Shown: positions 8,064 through 16,099 of the stretch, one piece after another
Layout of the letters: each line of letters begins with the position of its first letter
How positions within the stretch are numbered: the first letter of the stretch is position 1
Assembly: GCA_965222605.1 (NCBI GenBank)
Contig: OZ244960.1
Coordinates: 4,672,001-4,736,000, forward strand
DNA length: 64,000 nucleotides
Origin: Candidatus Latescibacterota bacterium
GTDB taxonomy: Bacteria > Latescibacterota > UBA2968
Reading direction: 5' to 3'
Notes under the pieces: model-generated
What the model was told of the DNA's origin: nothing
Seen by the model: the letters and a program-made list of their open reading frames with translations, nothing else
The model's database searches: none
Made by a program: the position numbers and the translations under genes

Positions 8064-9549
8064 TTTTTTCTCCTTTCGCCATTAATTTGTGTAATCCCAA
8101 ACGCTTTTGCCCTGCAACAAACGCCTGAATTTGTCTGGGCGTTTCATGGACACAAGACTGTTCATAAGCTTTTCGCAACGCAGTGCGAATGATACGTCGC
8201 CAGTCGTCATCAACCTGTCTATCTTCGAATAACAGACCATAACGCTGATCAAGTTCTTGCCAGTATATAGAGGTTGCACGTTTGACAATGCCATTCCGAG
8301 TATCTTTGGAACGGGGATCATTTCCCTTATGGGCATTCACTTCATCAAGATATGTTCGCACCGCATTTGACAAGGAGATGGCTGACGATTCAGCAAGGCC
8401 GACATTGGTTTGATAACTTTTGAGTTGTCCCTCTCCCAAGAGAGAGACAGGCAATCTCAAATTCCACTCAATAGAGTCCAGCGGTGGTTTCTGATAAGGG
8501 ATAATGAAACCTCCAACCCAAAAATCTATTTCATCATCTAATCCAATGACTTCTTCACCTATGATACGCAGATTTTCAAGCACAGGAGGTCCTCCGTCGG
8601 CTTTTAGTACCAAAACCGATCCTAAATCTCTCCAAATATGTTTGTCTGCGGAAAGCCGCAAATAGCGTATCTCATTTTTTTTTGTTGTAACAAGTGTTGT
8701 CGATAGCTCTCTGTAACTTGGTGGTCCCTCAAATTTTAGTTCAGGAGTAGATTTACAAAGGACACATTTCTTCTCCACGAAACTATTTCGTTTTGCAGGG
8801 GATAGTTTCACAAGTCGAGATAGAGGAGCCAGCCTTCCAAGATATGTCTGAGAAGCATTTAACATTGCATCTTTATCATTTGGATTAATCGGAAAGAAAT
8901 CCCAAACGGGTTGACCCCACTCGCCATTGGGTTGCTTTTTTATTTCTACTTTTGTTAGCAAATTAAGATGAAGAGTCTGTAATAGATTTTTATCCCTGAC
9001 AAAAGTATGAACGGCATTCAAGCAAGGCGCATTCCCCGCGCCAGCTTGTGTCAAGTTCAAATTATGCCATTTAGCCGTGCCCATAGTGCCTGAAGGAGAA
9101 AAGTTCAAAAAAGTTATGAGATTCAAAGAAGTCCAGCCACCCCTATGTTTACGGCCAGTTTCAGATGCTGCCTTATCATACAGGGTGTTATCATTAAGAC
9201 CAAAGTCCAACTTGTCTAATTTTCCGTCACTTTTAGCTTCCAAATCTTTAATCTGCATAAACGGTGTCTCGCCAAACAGATCGAACTTTTCTTTCCGTTC
9301 AGCCAAGTACGTCAAACTCTCGGATATAATTCGAGGCTTACAGGAAAGCCATTCATCCTTATCTTCTGGGCCATCGAGCGCGGCCTGTGTAATGCAAATC
9401 AGCAAACGCATCACCGCAATGCGTTGTGGAGGTGCGAGAGCGAGGTCCCGAATTTTTTCGGCCTGCTCATAGAGGTCGTTTAATCCCACTGTGCGAGTTT
9501 GCCCCTCTTGAAACACAACGGGTATCCAGGGATCACCAATCAAATTCAT
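8056..9549 (-). CDS. cas8e: Cascade large subunit Cas8e (Cse1/CasA)
   Basis: MNLIGDPWIPV N-terminus, FDLFG..PFMQ, NLLQTLHLNL; start at 9549 with GGAGG SD. Confidence 0.93.
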   Translation of the reverse strand: MNLIGDPWIPVVFQEGQTRTVGLNDLYEQAEKIRDLALAPPQRIAVMRLLICITQAALDGPEDKDEWLSCKPRIISESLTYLAERKEKFDLFGETPFMQIKDLEAKSDGKLDKLDFGLNDNTLYDKAASETGRKHRGGWTSLNLITFLNFSPSGTMGTAKWHNLNLTQAGAGNAPCLNAVHTFVRDKNLLQTLHLNLLTKVEIKKQPNGEWGQPVWDFFPINPNDKDAMLNASQTYLGRLAPLSRLVKLSPAKRNSFVEKKCVLCKSTPELKFEGPPSYRELSTTLVTTKKNEIRYLRLSADKHIWRDLGSVLVLKADGGPPVLENLRIIGEEVIGLDDEIDFWVGGFIIPYQKPPLDSIEWNLRLPVSLLGEGQLKSYQTNVGLAESSAISLSNAVRTYLDEVNAHKGNDPRSKDTRNGIVKRATSIYWQELDQRYGLLFEDRQVDDDWRRIIRTALRKAYEQSCVHETPRQIQAFVAGQKRLGLHKLMAKGEKNA

Positions 9550-12061
9550 CGTTAGTCTCCTCCCATTCGGGTGCATCTTCGATTTTGTAAATGCCTTTTT
9601 GAGTGTCATAGCCCAGTGAATACGTATTGGAACCAGTCAAATTACCATCTGAACCGATTGTCAACACAGCGACATCACCATATATATGTTCCTTTAGATA
9701 GTCTGGCGTTTTCAGTCTTTCTTCAACCCAATAACGCGGCACATTCACAAGATTTTTGTGTAGTGCAACCGCAGTCATAAAATCTTTCACATCATTTTCA
9801 GCAACAACCTGTGTACCATCCGCAAGTGTGAGTGTTGCTTTGTGACCAGTCGAATCATGCGATTTGATTAGCAAAGCGGGTACCTGTTCATAAGTGCTAT
9901 ATCGGGTCACAACTCTCTCATCGTCTTCAAGAGTAGGCATTGCTTCTGCTGTGCTACCCAATGCCTTACTGCGAAGTTTCTCTCGTTCAAATTTGAGTTT
10001 TTCGTAAAGACACGCGATCCATTCTGGTGTTTCACCATTTGGCTGCACATAAGTTGCCTCAAGCAAACCGCGAATATCATTGGGCAATCTCACTGTTTCT
10101 CGATCTTTCCATACCTGATAACTTTGCCATAGAACATAAGGTGCATATACTTTTGCAGATTTGTCTAAGGTGTCAATCAAAACATCCGCATCTTCTATAC
10201 CTGCAAGATCAGGGCATACAATATACAGTTCTGCACGTTTACAGGGGCGTTCGCGTTCATTGTGTCGCCACAACCGTCCTGCACGTTGCAGCATCATATC
10301 TGTCGGCGCAAGATCAGTAATCATAAAATCGGCGTCAATATCTACGCTCTGTTCTACCACTTGTGTTGCAACCAATACACACCCGTTTGGTCGGTTTCCG
10401 TTTTTCCCCAGTTTTTCCATCCATTCATCTTCGAGTTCTTCTCGCCGATACACGGGAAAACGAGAATGCAACAACCCCACACCTCCAGCCCCTTCAGTCC
10501 GTTCCGCGAGTACAGCCCGATAGCTTTCTTGCGCGCCATCAACTGTGTTGTTGATCCACAAAACACATTGTCCCTGTTGCGCTCGTTCTACGGCAAGTTC
10601 AGCTAATTCTCGACGACTTTGTAATGTAATATGTGTATAAATCGTTTGTCCTGCTGGGGGTTTGACTGATTTGACTCCGGTCTGTTGGTGACCAAATGTA
10701 ATCAGGGGGTAAGCGTCTTCTTCTGGAATTGATTCATTTTTAAAAAAGGAAGTTCGACGTTCATGGGTCAATGTAGCCGATAGTATAATCACCGTACATC
10801 CTAATTTCAGAAGTGTCTGAACTAATCTGTCCAAAAGGGTTCCTGTATAGACATCGTAACTATGCACCTCGTCGAGAATCACGACCTTACCTGCAAGACC
10901 AAAAGCACGTACAAAATAGTGATTGACTCTTAATACACTTAACAGTGCCTGATCAATTGTTCCGACACCAAAAGGCCAGAGCAAGGATCGCTTGGACGGA
11001 TGGAACCATGCACTGCCTGAACGCAGTTCTTCGCCGCCGGCTTGAAGCCAGGCTGTACCGTGAATGAGATTGGCTCCTTGATCACCTTGCACAATTTTGT
11101 TCAGAAATTGAGTGACTCGCTCATGAATACGATTGCTTGTCAAACGTGTGGGAAGTGCGAAATAAAGACCGTGATGGTATCCTTTTCTCATCAACTGATA
11201 AGCCGCATAAAGCGCGGCTTCTGTTTTGCCCTGTCCCATGGGGGCTTCCAGCACATAAAGCCCTGGTTGTGCCACCGCTTCGACAAAAGCAGTTTGTGAT
11301 TGATAAGGAGAATTTTCAAAAACTTCTTCAAATGAAAGATCGGGCTTCAACTTAGGAAAAAACCAACCGCAAGCATCTAAGGCTTGAGCTGCTTTAGAGA
11401 AAACATTTACATCTTCTGGCAAACCTTCAGCGGGAAAAAATGTTGTATCTGAACCGATCCAGTCGGAAACACAGGTCATTCCACTGAGCAAGGCAATCTG
11501 CTCATCTGTTGGTGGATCAGATGGTAAATTTCCGAAAATGTCGAGCAATCGTCCTAACAATATTTGCCGTTCCTTAGCCCATGATTCTCCCCCGTACACA
11601 CCACTTGTATCCTGATGAGGAGTTTCGCGTTTACCATGATGAATACCCAATACCTGGCCCCAACGCTCCCAGCCTTTTGGGAACTCACCTCTCATTTGAT
11701 AATAGGCCACCAAGGCTGCTTCGCTTACATTTGCGTGATAGGGGGTAAAACCGCTATCGTCCATTTGAGCTAGGCCCTGCACACGCTTTTCCAATTCTTC
11801 GCGTGAAAATATCTTTTTTTGAAATCCCGGTGCCACCTTACCAACGTCATGTGGAGCTATTAACGCAGGAGTTTCTTGTGGGATTTGTTCCTGCATGTTT
11901 AACGGTAATCGCTTCATCAATTCTTTCGCGACAGCACCTACATATGTGCAATGTGCTTCAACACTCAAACCAGGACGATGATCTTCTGTTGTTTTTGCAA
12001 TACATTGGTCATAAGAGATGATAGGGATTTCGGACGTTTTTCTTCGGCGAAATTTGGCCAT
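9533..12061 (-). CDS. cas3: CRISPR-associated HD nuclease/helicase Cas3
   Basis: HD domain (EAHC...HDVGK...HHG...SDWIGS), Walker A EAPMGQGKTEAA, DEVH, SAT, ATQVVEQSVDID, QRAGRLWRH; start at 12061 with GAGGAG SD. Confidence 0.97.
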   Translation of the reverse strand: MAKFRRRKTSEIPIISYDQCIAKTTEDHRPGLSVEAHCTYVGAVAKELMKRLPLNMQEQIPQETPALIAPHDVGKVAPGFQKKIFSREELEKRVQGLAQMDDSGFTPYHANVSEAALVAYYQMRGEFPKGWERWGQVLGIHHGKRETPHQDTSGVYGGESWAKERQILLGRLLDIFGNLPSDPPTDEQIALLSGMTCVSDWIGSDTTFFPAEGLPEDVNVFSKAAQALDACGWFFPKLKPDLSFEEVFENSPYQSQTAFVEAVAQPGLYVLEAPMGQGKTEAALYAAYQLMRKGYHHGLYFALPTRLTSNRIHERVTQFLNKIVQGDQGANLIHGTAWLQAGGEELRSGSAWFHPSKRSLLWPFGVGTIDQALLSVLRVNHYFVRAFGLAGKVVILDEVHSYDVYTGTLLDRLVQTLLKLGCTVIILSATLTHERRTSFFKNESIPEEDAYPLITFGHQQTGVKSVKPPAGQTIYTHITLQSRRELAELAVERAQQGQCVLWINNTVDGAQESYRAVLAERTEGAGGVGLLHSRFPVYRREELEDEWMEKLGKNGNRPNGCVLVATQVVEQSVDIDADFMITDLAPTDMMLQRAGRLWRHNERERPCKRAELYIVCPDLAGIEDADVLIDTLDKSAKVYAPYVLWQSYQVWKDRETVRLPNDIRGLLEATYVQPNGETPEWIACLYEKLKFEREKLRSKALGSTAEAMPTLEDDERVVTRYSTYEQVPALLIKSHDSTGHKATLTLADGTQVVAENDVKDFMTAVALHKNLVNVPRYWVEERLKTPDYLKEHIYGDVAVLTIGSDGNLTGSNTYSLGYDTQKGIYKIEDAPEWEETNDEFDW

Positions 12062-12086
12062 ATAGGTACTCCTCAAATGAAATTTT

Positions 12087-12123
12087 ACCTGCACAAATAT
12101 ATACCATTTCTCAGGTGATGCAA
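12087..12123 (-). promoter_or_regulatory. Putative cas operon promoter overlapped by an imperfect inverted repeat
   Basis: Minus strand TTGCAT-16 nt-TATATT; ACCTGcacAAAT...ATTTctCAGGT (12087-12116) straddles the -10 box. Confidence 0.5.
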
Positions 12124-12137
12124 GCATAGTAATTTTT

Positions 12138-12260
12138 TTATATTTCATATATCCTCCCCGCCGCGATCATATCCTTTGCGATCAACAGTCGCAAATCTGC
12201 TGGTTCTGACTTTTCGTATTCAGCCCTTATTAAAGGTCTGATCCCATGATAATTTCCTTC
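12138..12260 (-). pseudogene. Decayed 3' end of a second WYL regulator gene
   Basis: 12138-12206 reads EPADLRLLIAKDMIAAGRIYEI* versus EPEDLRQVIAKDMIAAGRVYEK* in the intact WYL gene; a 20-nt block GCGATCATATCCTTTGCGAT is identical in both; weaker frameshifted similarity continues upstream. Confidence 0.85.
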
Positions 12261-12421
12261 CAAAGAAGTTGCTTTTCGTTCCGAAGTTAGCTATATCTTA
12301 TTCAGCGACCAGAATGGGCCGGTGCCAACCGACTCTGGACAATGTCCCTGGCCGCTACTTTTTTGATCTCCTGCTCATACATTTTCCCTTTACCGCTTGC
12401 GTGAAAAAAGAGGAGTTATTC

Positions 12422-12622
12422 ATGCTCCGCACTGCTTTGGGCATTGTGAAAGACGGCAAAATCGAAACGTTAGAAGGCATTATATTGCCTGAGGGGCAAA
12501 GGGTATTGGTCACTATGTTGCCTGACGATGATATTTTGGAGCAGAAAGCCAGCCAGGAAACTCTGAAACAGATTTGGGACAATAAAGAGGACGATGTGTA
12601 TGCACGATTACTCGACAAATGA
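12422..12622 (+). CDS. Putative antitoxin (DUF104/AF2212-like N-terminus)
   Basis: GAGGAG SD; G.VKDGKIE.LE.I.LPEG.RVLVT plus C-terminal 'IWDN.EDDVY' tail seen in partners of PemK/MazF-like toxins. Confidence 0.65.
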   Translation: MLRTALGIVKDGKIETLEGIILPEGQRVLVTMLPDDDILEQKASQETLKQIWDNKEDDVYARLLDK

Positions 12623-12659
12623 TGTTGTGTACGTTCGATATCCTTTCGGCGGTCTGTAG
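12600..12659 (+). pseudogene. Truncated PemK/MazF-like toxin N-terminus
   Basis: MHDYSTNDVVYVRYPFGGL* overlapping the antitoxin 3' end; resembles the MazF start 'y..gDVvlv.fPf' but stops after 19 codons. Confidence 0.55.
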
Positions 12660-12734
12660 TATATTGAACCATTGCTCAATATACGGGATGTTTATATATT
12701 TATTTCTAAAGCTCAAATCTCCATTCGAACAATT

Positions 12735-13208
12735 ATGAAGCCAAAGCTCTACATTGAAAACTCTATCATTAGTTATCTCACCGCCCATCCAAGCCGCGAT
12801 ATTATTACCGCTGCTCGCCAAGCATTAACCCGGCAATGGTGGAACGAAAAACGGTTCGATTACGAATTGTACATTTCCGAGTTTGTCATTTCAGAGGCAG
12901 CAGCTGGCGATTCGGCAATGGCCGCTCGCCGGCTTGAAGTAATCACTGGTATAGCAGAAATCGAATTGACTGAAGCGGCTGCTGAATTTGCTGAGATTTT
13001 GGTTGAAGAAGGGCCGCTTCCTCAGAAGGCGACTCTTGATGCCTTGCATATTGCTGTGGCCGTAAATGGCGGCATTGAATACCTGTTGACCTGGAATTTT
13101 GCACATCTGGCCAACGCTACGATACGAAATCAAATTGAGCGAAAGTGTCGTTTAATGGGGTATGAACCGCCCATTATCTGTACCCCAGAGGAATTATTAG
13201 GAGAGTAA
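12735..13208 (+). CDS. PIN-domain (VapC-like) toxin
   Basis: LYIENSIISY, YISEFVISEA, DALHIAVA, YLLTWNFAHL PIN motifs. Confidence 0.88.
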   Translation: MKPKLYIENSIISYLTAHPSRDIITAARQALTRQWWNEKRFDYELYISEFVISEAAAGDSAMAARRLEVITGIAEIELTEAAAEFAEILVEEGPLPQKATLDALHIAVAVNGGIEYLLTWNFAHLANATIRNQIERKCRLMGYEPPIICTPEELLGE

Positions 13209-13209
13209 C

Positions 13210-13392
13210 GTGATGAACCACGACCATATCATAAAAGAAGTCCGAACGATTCGCGAACAACTGGCGGCATCACACGACTATAATGTGCGTGCTTTGTTTG
13301 CGGAAGCAAAGAAACGCCAGAAAGAAAGTGGCCGGAAGGTCGTGAAATTGACACCCAGGCGGTTAAAAATTGCTGACGAAAAAACGGTATAG
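13210..13392 (+). CDS. Small putative antitoxin downstream of the PIN toxin
   Basis: 60 aa with 'D.IIKEVR.IRE..A....Y' pattern; GGAG SD at the end of the PIN gene. Confidence 0.6.
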   Translation: MMNHDHIIKEVRTIREQLAASHDYNVRALFAEAKKRQKESGRKVVKLTPRRLKIADEKTV

Positions 13393-13495
13393 CCAGTGCA
13401 TACGACTATACGCGACTCCAGCCTGCAAATGCAAATCTGCTGGCTTTGGCTTCTTACATTTCCGCTTTGTATCAAAGATCTGATTCCACAGATTT

Positions 13496-14470
13496 TCACT
13501 TCTCATACACCCTCCCTGCTGCGATCATATCCTTTGCGATGACCTGTCTCAAATCCTCTGGTTCTATCACTTCGCAATCTGCGCCCCAGCCTCTGATCCA
13601 CGGTTTCATTTCCAGTGTGTGGCTCACGGTTAATGTCATCAGACAGCCGCCATCTATCAGGTCGTCAATGGTATCGACGCAGGGCCAATCTGATTCCCGC
13701 ACCCGGTAGGCCACATTGGGCGAAAAGCGGAGTTTCACGACAATGCGCTCTTCGCCGCCCATCACGCCCCAGGCTTGCGTCAGATAATCGTAGGGGTCAA
13801 AATTGCCCCGAATCTCATAAGACGAATCGAGGATTTGGACCTGTTGTACGCGCTCGATTTTGAACTCGCGGATGTCGCGGCGCAGATGGTCATATCCGAT
13901 CACATAACAGGCATATCCCACGGGCGAAGGCTCGATAAAATATGGATCAAAGACGCGCCTGGTGGTTTCACCGGTTTGCGGATTGTAATACGTCAAACGC
14001 ACCTGTTTGCGTTCAGACCACGCGCGGGTGAATGTCTCTAAAACGCGGATGTACTCGCGATTCGGTTTGCGGTTGTGCGTGGCTTCGGCGGTTCGGGTGA
14101 TGTGTTGACCGATTGATTCGGGTAGCGCGCTGGCGAGTTTTTCAAGTGCAGAGACGACATGGGGATTGTGTTTGTCGCTGTGCGCTGAGAGCAATCGGGC
14201 CGAGAGATATAGTGCCAGCGACTCGTGCAAGTTCACGCGCACAGATGTGATATAGCGGTCTTTGTGCATGCCGAATCGACCATCGCGCTCCCAGATCGGC
14301 ACGTTGAGTTTGGAAAGGGAGTCAATATCGCGATAAATGGTGCTGCGGTGACAGCCCAGTTTTCTGCCCAATTCTAAAGCTGTGAACCCTTGAGCAGATT
14401 GAAACAGGATGCGACCCAGTTCAATGAGTCGCTCTGAACGCTTAAACTGTTGCGTATTGTTATTTGGCAT
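13496..14470 (-). CDS. HTH-WYL-WCX transcriptional regulator
   Basis: N-terminal wHTH (ELGRKLGCHRSTIYRDIDSL), WYL domain (RRVFDPY...YVIGYDHLRRDIREFKIERV), WCX tail (MKPWIRGWGADCEVIEPEDLR). Confidence 0.92.
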   Translation of the reverse strand: MPNNNTQQFKRSERLIELGRILFQSAQGFTALELGRKLGCHRSTIYRDIDSLSKLNVPIWERDGRFGMHKDRYITSVRVNLHESLALYLSARLLSAHSDKHNPHVVSALEKLASALPESIGQHITRTAEATHNRKPNREYIRVLETFTRAWSERKQVRLTYYNPQTGETTRRVFDPYFIEPSPVGYACYVIGYDHLRRDIREFKIERVQQVQILDSSYEIRGNFDPYDYLTQAWGVMGGEERIVVKLRFSPNVAYRVRESDWPCVDTIDDLIDGGCLMTLTVSHTLEMKPWIRGWGADCEVIEPEDLRQVIAKDMIAAGRVYEK

Positions 14471-14486
14471 ATTAGTCTCCGCAGAT

Positions 14487-14520
14487 AGTATAATGGGGGC
14501 ATGTTCCACATGTTGCGACA
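14487..14520 (-). promoter_or_regulatory. WYL gene promoter: -10 TATACT with a quasi-palindrome in place of -35
   Basis: Minus strand TGTCGCAACATGTGGAACA (14502-14520) followed by TATACT (14487-14492), 16 nt before the ATG. Confidence 0.45.
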
Positions 14521-14702
14521 GATTTTAAAAATGTAATCGCAATTTCATCTCGCCCAAAAAAATAAGAGCCGGGGGATTGTATATCTATCCCACCGGCTAA
14601 TAAGTGTAGAGATTGAAATGTTAATATCAAGGGCGATTGTAGGCGGTTTTGCATTCATCTACAGCCTGATCTATCTTGGCGGATAAGTCATCCACGCGGT
14701 TT

Positions 14703-16073
14703 TTAACTCGGCTGGAACCGAAACGCAAATAGATCCGCGTCCTTGAGGGTGAAGCGTAACCGCACTGGCTGACCTGCCAGCAGACGCAGATCCCCCTTAC
14801 TCTCCCAACGGACTGTACCGTCGATGGCATCACCGAATATTTCAAGGCACTCGTCCAGTGCGAAGCCCGGCTGCGGATGCCCTTCCGTATCTTGGATTTC
14901 AACGCGCACAAATCCCACCGCTGATGTCGAAAAGTTCAATTTCAGACTGTCGCCTGTGAAAATTAACGGACGGGTGACGAACTCGCCGCCAGCGTAGCCT
15001 GCCCGGACCGACACGAACCCGTCGGTTCGGAGCGAGAATCGACGAATGTGGACAGTTGGCAGCCGCCAGTTTTCCATACCGTATAGCGAGAGTTCATCGG
15101 GTGACGTTTGCAGAATGCCCCGCTCCATGTACATCCCGCGCTCATGCCAGTTGCCCTCATCGAGCCCGGGACGGACAAAAGCCTCCATGAAACTGCGGTC
15201 AAAGTGGCGTCCATCGCGGCTGGACATAAACACGATGTCATTCACGCCTGAACCGTATTCCCAGCCCGGAATTGGCTCGCGTTCAGGCACGAAGCGTGCC
15301 GGAAACATCAGATATACTCCCGGCGCCCGCTCGTAAGGCACGCAGGCATTGGTATAGAGATGTTCAAAGGGAGTCTCGCCGGTGTCAATCAGTTCAAGCG
15401 GTGTCCAACGGCGAAAGTCTTTGGAGGTCGTGCGGCGAATCCAGCGCACCCCGTTTTTGAAATTGCCCTTACCTGCCACGCCGCGCGTGTACGCGACATA
15501 TTCCTCCTGTTCCACGTCCCAAAAGGCGATATTGTGTGAATCAAAGGGTCCATCGGTCAGGATTGGCGCATTCTGCACCAGTCGCCAGCGGAGACCGTCA
15601 GGCGAGACCAACGCGAGTACATCGCTAGTACGTACAATGGCTTTGTACCGTTCTTCGTCCAACGCGTCGGGATTGCCATCGAGAAACGGCGACATGTTAT
15701 TACCCGGTCCCGCCCAGACGAGGTTATTCTCCTTCGAATTTTGAAACTCAATCAGTCCGAGTTGTGGCTTCTCCCAGTGAACGCCGTCGGTGCTTTCAGC
15801 GTAGGCGATGAGCGGTTGACGCGTACCACGAATCGGCATCCCCTGGTCGCAGCGATACCACGCGCGGAACCGGTCGCCCTCGCGGAACGTTACCATATAG
15901 GAAACACCGCCCCGTTCCCACGGATGTTCAGCGGAAATTACAACCTCACGACGCACAGGTTCATGCAAGCGCTGCGTGACACCCTGCGCTTCAGCAATCC
16001 AGAAATTGTCCACGAATAGTTGGCGGTCTGTGCCGATGTGGATAGGTGAACTGTTGTTATCTTGTCGTTCCAT
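14703..16073 (-). CDS. Hypothetical beta-propeller glycoside hydrolase-like protein
   Basis: RQLFVD N-terminus, Asp-box-like repeats (ESTDGVHW, SPDGLRW, SKDFRRW, SRDGRHF), LR.DGFVS, C-terminal GQPVRLRF..DLFAFRF. Confidence 0.6.
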   Translation of the reverse strand: MERQDNNSSPIHIGTDRQLFVDNFWIAEAQGVTQRLHEPVRREVVISAEHPWERGGVSYMVTFREGDRFRAWYRCDQGMPIRGTRQPLIAYAESTDGVHWEKPQLGLIEFQNSKENNLVWAGPGNNMSPFLDGNPDALDEERYKAIVRTSDVLALVSPDGLRWRLVQNAPILTDGPFDSHNIAFWDVEQEEYVAYTRGVAGKGNFKNGVRWIRRTTSKDFRRWTPLELIDTGETPFEHLYTNACVPYERAPGVYLMFPARFVPEREPIPGWEYGSGVNDIVFMSSRDGRHFDRSFMEAFVRPGLDEGNWHERGMYMERGILQTSPDELSLYGMENWRLPTVHIRRFSLRTDGFVSVRAGYAGGEFVTRPLIFTGDSLKLNFSTSAVGFVRVEIQDTEGHPQPGFALDECLEIFGDAIDGTVRWESKGDLRLLAGQPVRLRFTLKDADLFAFRFQPS

Positions 16074-16099
16074 TTTGGACTCTTTCGTCTACAAAAGAA

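Noticed and set aside
5226-9549. HNH-fused Cas5 or Cas8 variant of type I-E
   Set aside because: Cas5e (223 aa) and Cas8e (497 aa) have normal lengths and no HNH motif, and an intact Cas3 is present
12207-12421. CreTA-like mini-array between cas3 and the TA genes
   Set aside because: No CCCCAC/GTGGGG-like repeat derivative seen; the region is better explained as WYL remnant
14600-14620. GATTGAAAT resembling a type I-B/III repeat end
   Set aside because: Single short motif with no second copy or hairpin
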